Virus record (IMG/VR): IMGVR_UViG_3300031992_000055
Span: 1 to 64,000 of that record
Origin: a virus
Lineage: Duplodnaviria; Caudoviricetes
Strand: one strand, 5' to 3'
DNA length: 64,000 nucleotides
Both the position numbers and the translations under genes were made by a program. The notes beneath the pieces are model-generated. The model saw only the letters and a program-made list of their open reading frames with translations, was not told the DNA's origin and made no database searches. Shown here piece after piece: positions 57,913 to 64,000 of the stretch. The first letter of the stretch is position 1. Each line of letters starts with the position of its first letter.

Positions 57913-60900
57913 ATGGCTAAGAAAGATGGAAGTTGGCTTAATAAATTATCAGGCAATATAACTAAAGCTAAAAAGAAGATAGATAAAAAGATTCAATCAA
58001 ATAAAAGGAATAATAAATCTGTCGATATAAATAATACTTGGAGTAGTCCTTTCCCAGAGTTTTATGAAACTGCTGGAGGGAACCCTTTTGCACACGCTTT
58101 AAGAAAGCAGATATATGATAATCTATATCCAGCAGGGTATGGTAGAGATGATACAGGCACTCTTAGAGAAAGAGCAAATGCTGTATTATTTAATGAACCA
58201 GAGTATTTAGGAGAAAGGCATAAAAATAGGGATGATATATTTGCTACATATCTAGGTATTCCTGAAAGTGAAAGATATGATATTGGAGCTCCTAAAGTAG
58301 AACTCTCTGAGTATAAACCATCTAACTCCAAAGACAATATTGCTTACTATAGTATTCCTTGGAATTCTATATTGAGACATGATGATGGTTCTGCAAGTAC
58401 TACAGTGGCTAATACTTTTGTAGAAGGAGCAGGTATAACACCTTGGGATTTAAATAAGAATAAAGTTGCTAGTCCTCTTAATGCTTTATTTGGAGACCAT
58501 ACCGTTAGTTCTGGCTATGATGATAAAGGGCATTATTATTCTTATTATGATAGATGGGACATAAATCCTTTTTATGGTAAAAGTGGAGAAAGAAATGGGC
58601 TCTTAAAAAGAATTTTAGAAAATAAGGATGATATATCACTTGGAATAGGTACGCCTATAGAATTTTATAATCGTCTTTACTTAGATGACTATTACGGAGT
58701 TCCTGGGAATAAAGGATTATATCTACCTCCTCTTGAAGTTTATGGAGCTAAACACTCTTATGGAGGCCCATTAATTCAGCAGGCTAATAAGTTTGGGGAT
58801 GGTGGGCCTAAAAGAAATAAAAAACAAAGAGAGCCTTATTATGGTATATATGGTAATGTATCTCCTTATATAGGAGAAGGTTCTCCTATACTACAGTATG
58901 ATGCAGAAAAAGATGAATGGCTTTCTGATACTTGGTCTGATGATTTAGATAGAGTAAAAGAAGAAAAGGAGTGGTATAAGAATGCTCCTGAAAGTTTTAG
59001 GAACAATTATAGGATGATAGTAGATTTAAATGGTGGTAAAGTTAAATATGTTACTCCAGAGCAACAATACTTAGGATCTTGGAGAAATAAGGATATTGGT
59101 CATTGGGGAGGTGCAACTTTTGGAACTGATGAAAATGGAGATATAGTAGCTGCTAATCCTTTTGATGGTGAGATAATTACTGGAGATGGCAGATTAGCTG
59201 TACCAGTTGAAGGAATGGTAGATGACTATGGAAATCAAATATATGAAGCTGGAAATGACTATTATATAGAAGGTAAAAGCCCTAATGAATTTGCAGAGGG
59301 AGGCTCTCTTAATACTCCTAAACAATGGAAAGACCTATCTGTTAAAGAGAAGTCTGATATAATGAAGGTTGCTATTAGAAATGGTATTACTAATCTTCCT
59401 GATATTAGGAATAAATATAATGAGTTTGCTGCAGGAGGGAATATATATGGTTTAGGTAGTGTTATGAGTAAAGCATCTAAAGTCGTTAATAATATAGCAA
59501 ATAGAGTAGAAGCTGCCAATCAAGCACAACAAAGCAAAGACGCATTTAACTTATATAGCTATTTACCAATGTTATTTACTCAAGACGGAGTAAATATTTA
59601 TGTTACTTCTGGTTATAGAGAAGGGGCAAAAGTAAAAGGAAAAGGAAACAGATCAAGACATAGTATAATGAATGGAGCTGCAGATATTGTTCCTACAGGT
59701 AAATCTACTTTTGCTGATATAAGAAGAGTTTTAGATAATCCTCAATCTAATACAGCTAAGTGGTTAGCATCTCATGGTTATGGTTATCTTGATGAAACTA
59801 GTGCTACTGGTACTACTAAATACTGGCATGATTATAATAAAGACCATAGTCATTATCACATAGGTCAAGATTATGGTAATAAATACACTGCTTGGTTTAA
59901 TACAGCAGCTAGTCGTCCAGGACAAGAAATATTCAATGATGGGGATTATATTAATATAGCAAAGGACTATATAAGAAGGAATGAAAGTTTCAGAAGAATG
60001 TCCTATGCTGACGCTCCTAAAGGAAAAAATTGGAGAAGTACAGGCTATGGCTTTAATGATTCTGGTTTCTGGAGTAAGTATCCTGGAGGTATATCTAAAT
60101 ATTATGATGCAAGAGGAGGTATAACAGAAGCAGAAGCAGAACAAGAACTTGAATGGATTTTAAGAAATAGTACTATTCCTTATCTTGAGAGAACTTATGG
60201 TTCTAGTTGGAATAACTTTACTCCTCAACAGAAAGCAGCTATTATAGATACTGCATATCAATCTCCTAATGCAGTAGGAAACAAATCAAGATTCTATAGG
60301 GCAATTATACAAGGAGATCCTAATGCTATTAATTATCTTGGTGTTACTGGCTATGATAAGAGAAATAATATTAGAAGAAGTTTATATAATTCTAGAACAA
60401 TGCCTAATATTACTCCTATTCAACAGCAACAAACTATTCCTGATAATTTAGCATATGGAGATATTTTTAATTATAATCCTTTATATGATAATATGTCATC
60501 TCCAAGACCAGGAGATTATACAATGGCAGAAAACAGTTTATTACAACAATCATTAGAAGATTCTATAAATGCTTTTAAAGAACAACAAGTAGAAGAGGAA
60601 AGACAGAGAGTATTAGCAGATAGGCAGCAGAAGAGAAACAATTTAAATTTCTTCCTAGGGATGTCAGGATTCTTTGGAGATAATTCTTCTTCAGAAAATT
60701 ATTTTATGCCTGGTATTATGGGATTGTTGAGTAATACAAATAGTAATCAAAGTGCTTATGGAGGCAATTTATATAAAGGTGGAAGTTGGTTAAATAACTA
60801 TACTCCTTCTGCAGTTATAAATAGAGCAAAGAATAGAGTAAGCAAGAAGAGAATTACTCCAAGTGAATATGTAGATAGAGCAGTAGAAACTGTTAGAAAT

Positions 60901-61602
60901 GTAGCTAGAGAAACTGCAAATAAGCAGCCTGAGATAATATTCGATGCTTTAGCTGAGGAGATGCCTAGATATAGAGATGTAAATATTCCATGGATTGAAG
61001 ACAAAGCTATTACTCTAACTAATGCTGGAAAGGCTACAGGAGCTAGACTATCTACTAACATGTTAGATAGTATAGCGAAATATGCTGATGAAGCAGGGCT
61101 TCCTATAGATACAGCAGTTGGCTTAGCAATTAAAGAGACTACATTAGGTAATCCTACGAATGATGCATCACTTTATTATTTAGCTGGAAGTCCTAACAGG
61201 AAAGAGGCCTTCAAAAAATGGTATGCTGAAAGAGGTACTAGACAGTATATAAATCCTGGAGTAGATATAGCAGCAAGTAATTTAATAAATATGCACTATA
61301 GTCCTAATCCTTATAAAGATGCTTTGGCTGAAGCTAGAGAAAAATCAGTAAGTCAAGAAGATTTTAATAGAAGATTGCTGTTAGGACTGGATTATGCAAA
61401 TAGAAAAGCAACATCGTTAATTGCTTCTGGAGAATTAAATAAAAATGTATTACAAGCAGGTCTTGAGAAGTATAGAAATTCTCCGAGAGGATATAACAGC
61501 AATCAAAGAAATCATCCGGATTTAGTTGCTGCTAGAGCTATGGAGATTCAGAATAGTCCTGAATATCAGAGATGGAAAAGAAGTTATAATAAGAAAAAAT
61601 AA
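57913..61602 (+). CDS. Multidomain virion-associated peptidoglycan hydrolase (M15-like peptidase, lysozyme, SLT-like)
   Basis: TSGYR..SRH..AAD..HSHYH; RNESFR..YAD..STGYG..QKAAIID; GLAIKETTLG. Confidence 0.7.
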   Translation: MAKKDGSWLNKLSGNITKAKKKIDKKIQSNKRNNKSVDINNTWSSPFPEFYETAGGNPFAHALRKQIYDNLYPAGYGRDDTGTLRERANAVLFNEPEYLGERHKNRDDIFATYLGIPESERYDIGAPKVELSEYKPSNSKDNIAYYSIPWNSILRHDDGSASTTVANTFVEGAGITPWDLNKNKVASPLNALFGDHTVSSGYDDKGHYYSYYDRWDINPFYGKSGERNGLLKRILENKDDISLGIGTPIEFYNRLYLDDYYGVPGNKGLYLPPLEVYGAKHSYGGPLIQQANKFGDGGPKRNKKQREPYYGIYGNVSPYIGEGSPILQYDAEKDEWLSDTWSDDLDRVKEEKEWYKNAPESFRNNYRMIVDLNGGKVKYVTPEQQYLGSWRNKDIGHWGGATFGTDENGDIVAANPFDGEIITGDGRLAVPVEGMVDDYGNQIYEAGNDYYIEGKSPNEFAEGGSLNTPKQWKDLSVKEKSDIMKVAIRNGITNLPDIRNKYNEFAAGGNIYGLGSVMSKASKVVNNIANRVEAANQAQQSKDAFNLYSYLPMLFTQDGVNIYVTSGYREGAKVKGKGNRSRHSIMNGAADIVPTGKSTFADIRRVLDNPQSNTAKWLASHGYGYLDETSATGTTKYWHDYNKDHSHYHIGQDYGNKYTAWFNTAASRPGQEIFNDGDYINIAKDYIRRNESFRRMSYADAPKGKNWRSTGYGFNDSGFWSKYPGGISKYYDARGGITEAEAEQELEWILRNSTIPYLERTYGSSWNNFTPQQKAAIIDTAYQSPNAVGNKSRFYRAIIQGDPNAINYLGVTGYDKRNNIRRSLYNSRTMPNITPIQQQQTIPDNLAYGDIFNYNPLYDNMSSPRPGDYTMAENSLLQQSLEDSINAFKEQQVEEERQRVLADRQQKRNNLNFFLGMSGFFGDNSSSENYFMPGIMGLLSNTNSNQSAYGGNLYKGGSWLNNYTPSAVINRAKNRVSKKRITPSEYVDRAVETVRNVARETANKQPEIIFDALAEEMPRYRDVNIPWIEDKAITLTNAGKATGARLSTNMLDSIAKYADEAGLPIDTAVGLAIKETTLGNPTNDASLYYLAGSPNRKEAFKKWYAERGTRQYINPGVDIAASNLINMHYSPNPYKDALAEAREKSVSQEDFNRRLLLGLDYANRKATSLIASGELNKNVLQAGLEKYRNSPRGYNSNQRNHPDLVAARAMEIQNSPEYQRWKRSYNKKK

Positions 61603-61613
61603 TATATAAAACT

Positions 61614-61769
61614 ATGGCAAAAATTCATATTAATCCTAAGAACAAAGGAAAGTTTACTGCAACTAAAAAGAGAACTGGAAAATCTACTGAGGAGTTAACT
61701 CACAGCAAGAACCCACTGACTAGAAAGAGAGCTATTTTTGCACAAAATGCAAAGAAATGGAAGCATTAA
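61614..61769 (+). CDS. Small basic protein (51 aa)
   Basis: MAKIHINPKNKGKFTA...KRAIFAQNAKKWKH, a module recognised from crAss-like phages. Confidence 0.7.
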   Translation: MAKIHINPKNKGKFTATKKRTGKSTEELTHSKNPLTRKRAIFAQNAKKWKH

Positions 61770-61824
61770 ATTTATTATACATTAATACTTTTCTTATGCT
61801 CTTTTTATGTAATAGTTTCTAAGT

Positions 61825-61832
61825 TAATTTTG
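61825..61832 (+). promoter_or_regulatory. Bacteroidota -7 promoter box upstream of the portal gene
   Basis: TAATTTTG. Confidence 0.5.
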
Positions 61833-61859
61833 CAAATATAATAATTAAAATATGACAAT

Positions 61860-64000
61860 ATGGCATACAATGGATTAGGAGGATTTCCTTCTCAACAGTT
61901 GTCATTCAGTAGAAAGAATAAAGTATGGAGGAAGAAGTGTGTAGACTTTGGTGATGACCATAGTCTTCTGCACTATCATCTTACCAGGAAGTCTGTATTT
62001 TCTATGAAGATTAACTATGATCTTCTTAATGGCAAGTTGCACATGTCTGACTTGAGGATGCTATTAAATCCTTATGAGCTTGATGCTTCTTTTGTGCCAG
62101 ATTCAATACAGCATTATCCTATATTGAACTCTAAACTTGAAGTTCTTAGAGGAGAAGAGAGTGAGAGATGGTTTGATTTTAGGGTAATAGTTACTAACCC
62201 TACTGCTGTATCTGAAATAGAGGAAGAGAAGAATGAGCAGTTAAATGGGATGTTGCAGCAGTTGTTAGCAGATACTTCACAAAGTCAAGAGGATTTTGAT
62301 AAAGAAGCTGAAGGTCTTGTTGACTATTTTAGGTATGACTATCAGGACAAGAGAGAAATGAGGGCTAATAGGCTTCTTAATCACTATATGCAGGAGTTAG
62401 ATATTCCTCAATTGTTTAATAGAGGATTTGTTGATGCTCTTACTGTAGGGGAGGAAATATACCAATGCAGTATTGTTGGAGGAGAGCCTTTTATAGAGAA
62501 GATAGATCCAATGAAAATTAGAGTAATAAGATCTGGATATTCTAATAAAATAGAAGATGCAGATATTATTATTCTAGAAGATTACTGGAGTCCTGGTAGA
62601 GTATTAGACACTTATTGGGATCAACTATCTCCCAAAGACATAAAAGCTATAGATGAGGCCCCTGATAATATGGGAAGTACCTATAGTGATTCTATGGATA
62701 ATGTAGATGAGAGATATGGCTTTGTTCCTAATTTAAGTTTGGACATGGTAGCAGGAGATACTTTCATTGATCCTTTAAGCCTGTTTGAGGAGCATATAGA
62801 TACCAGTCTTCTTCCTTATGATATGAATGGCAACATTAGAGTGCTTAGGGTATACTGGAAGTCAAGAAGAAAAATAAAGAAGGTAAAAAGTTATAATCCT
62901 GAAACAGGAGAAGAAGAGTTTAATTTCTATCCTGAGACCTTCCACTGTAATCCTGATAAGGGTGAGGAAGAAGAGGTGTTTTGGATTAATGAGGCTTGGG
63001 AAGGTACTAAGATAGGTAATGATATATATGTTGATATGAGACCTTGTCCTATACAGTACAACAGGCTCAGCAATCCTTCTGCTTGTCACTTTGGTATTAT
63101 AGGTTCTCTGTATAATATTAATGGGGATGTAGCCTATAGCATGATTGACATGATGAAGCCTTACAGTTATTTATATGATGTTGTCCATGATAGATTAAAC
63201 AAGACTCTTGCCAAGAATTTAGGAAAAATAGTAAGGATGGACTTTGCTAAAGTTCCTAAGGGATGGGAGGTAGAAAAATGGCTTTATTATATTAAGGTGA
63301 ACAATATTGCTGTTGAGGATAGCTTCAATGAAGGAGATAGAGGTATGGCTACTGGTAAACTTGCCGGTGGTATGAATAATGCTTCTTCTGGAGTTATTGA
63401 TGCTTCTTTAGGAAATGAAATTCAACAGTATATTAATTATCTTGAATGGATATCAAATAAGATAGGGGAAATCTCTGGCATATCAAGACAAAGAGAAGGT
63501 CAGATTTCTAATAGAGAAACTGTTGGGGGTGTAGAAAGAGCTACTTTGCAGTCTTCCCATATTACTAAGAGATGGTTCTTTATTCATGACAGTGTGAAAA
63601 AGAGAGCTCTTGAGTGCTTCCTTGAGACTGCTAAGATTGCTATGAAGGGAAGAAAGAAGAAATTCAGCTACATTCTATCAGATGGCTCTATGCAGTTTAT
63701 TGATATTGATGGTGATGAGTTTGCAGAATGTGACTACGGTCTTGTAGTAGATAACAGCACAGGTACACAAGAGCTTAACCAGAAGCTTGATGTTCTTGCT
63801 CAGGCTGCCTTACAGAATCAGCTGCTTGACTTTTCTAGCATCATGAAGCTCTACACTACTAAGTCTGTTGCTGAAAAGCAGAGAATGGTTGAGGCTAATG
63901 AAAGAAGAGTTAGAGAAGAGCAACAGCAACAACAGCAGCAGCAAATGCAGTTGCAACAGCAACAGATACAGCAGCAAGGTCAGATTGCAGAACAGCAGCA
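61860..64000 (+). CDS. Portal protein (crAss-like), truncated by window
   Basis: MAYNGLGGFPSQQLSFSRKNKVWRKKCVD; IQHYPILNSKLEVLRGEE; WINEAWEGTKIG; GISRQREGQI..ETVGGVER. Confidence 0.88.
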   Translation, partial: MAYNGLGGFPSQQLSFSRKNKVWRKKCVDFGDDHSLLHYHLTRKSVFSMKINYDLLNGKLHMSDLRMLLNPYELDASFVPDSIQHYPILNSKLEVLRGEESERWFDFRVIVTNPTAVSEIEEEKNEQLNGMLQQLLADTSQSQEDFDKEAEGLVDYFRYDYQDKREMRANRLLNHYMQELDIPQLFNRGFVDALTVGEEIYQCSIVGGEPFIEKIDPMKIRVIRSGYSNKIEDADIIILEDYWSPGRVLDTYWDQLSPKDIKAIDEAPDNMGSTYSDSMDNVDERYGFVPNLSLDMVAGDTFIDPLSLFEEHIDTSLLPYDMNGNIRVLRVYWKSRRKIKKVKSYNPETGEEEFNFYPETFHCNPDKGEEEEVFWINEAWEGTKIGNDIYVDMRPCPIQYNRLSNPSACHFGIIGSLYNINGDVAYSMIDMMKPYSYLYDVVHDRLNKTLAKNLGKIVRMDFAKVPKGWEVEKWLYYIKVNNIAVEDSFNEGDRGMATGKLAGGMNNASSGVIDASLGNEIQQYINYLEWISNKIGEISGISRQREGQISNRETVGGVERATLQSSHITKRWFFIHDSVKKRALECFLETAKIAMKGRKKKFSYILSDGSMQFIDIDGDEFAECDYGLVVDNSTGTQELNQKLDVLAQAALQNQLLDFSSIMKLYTTKSVAEKQRMVEANERRVREEQQQQQQQQMQLQQQQIQQQGQIAEQQ

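Overview
AT-rich segment of a crAss-like (Crassvirales-type) phage of an anaerobic Bacteroidota host. Support: crAss-type portal N-terminus, PolA/primase/DnaB module, many TAnnTTTG promoters. From left to right: (i) a >3100-aa minus-strand ORF missing from the ORF track because it runs off the left edge, with Dda-like helicase, ART, kinase and HExxH metallopeptidase domains (probable virion-injected polyvalent/RNAP-associated protein); (ii) an ~8 kb mosaic array of short, translationally coupled, module-shuffled genes; (iii) a replication and nucleotide-metabolism module (ThyX, PolA, dUTPase, NrdD/NrdG, UDG, nucleases, MoxR ATPase + vWA peptidase, primase, DnaB, SF2 helicase) in which three genes are split by group I introns carrying LAGLIDADG endonucleases, plus two free-standing GIY-YIG genes; (iv) a tRNA cluster (Ile-CAU split by a fourth group I intron, Arg-UCU, Leu-UAA); (v) small putative early genes and a repeat-rich non-coding region; (vi) a lysis cassette; (vii) a tyrosine integrase next to a tRNA-Ser 3' half (attP-like); (viii) the plus-strand start of the structural module, ending in the portal. 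Best novelty candidates: a recurring non-coding unit of a U-rich tract complementary to translation-start regions plus a terminator/GUGA hairpin (putative antisense sRNA set), a tRNA-like cloverleaf nested in the tRNA intron, and the integrase-attP pair. All calls come from manual reading; no database searches were run.
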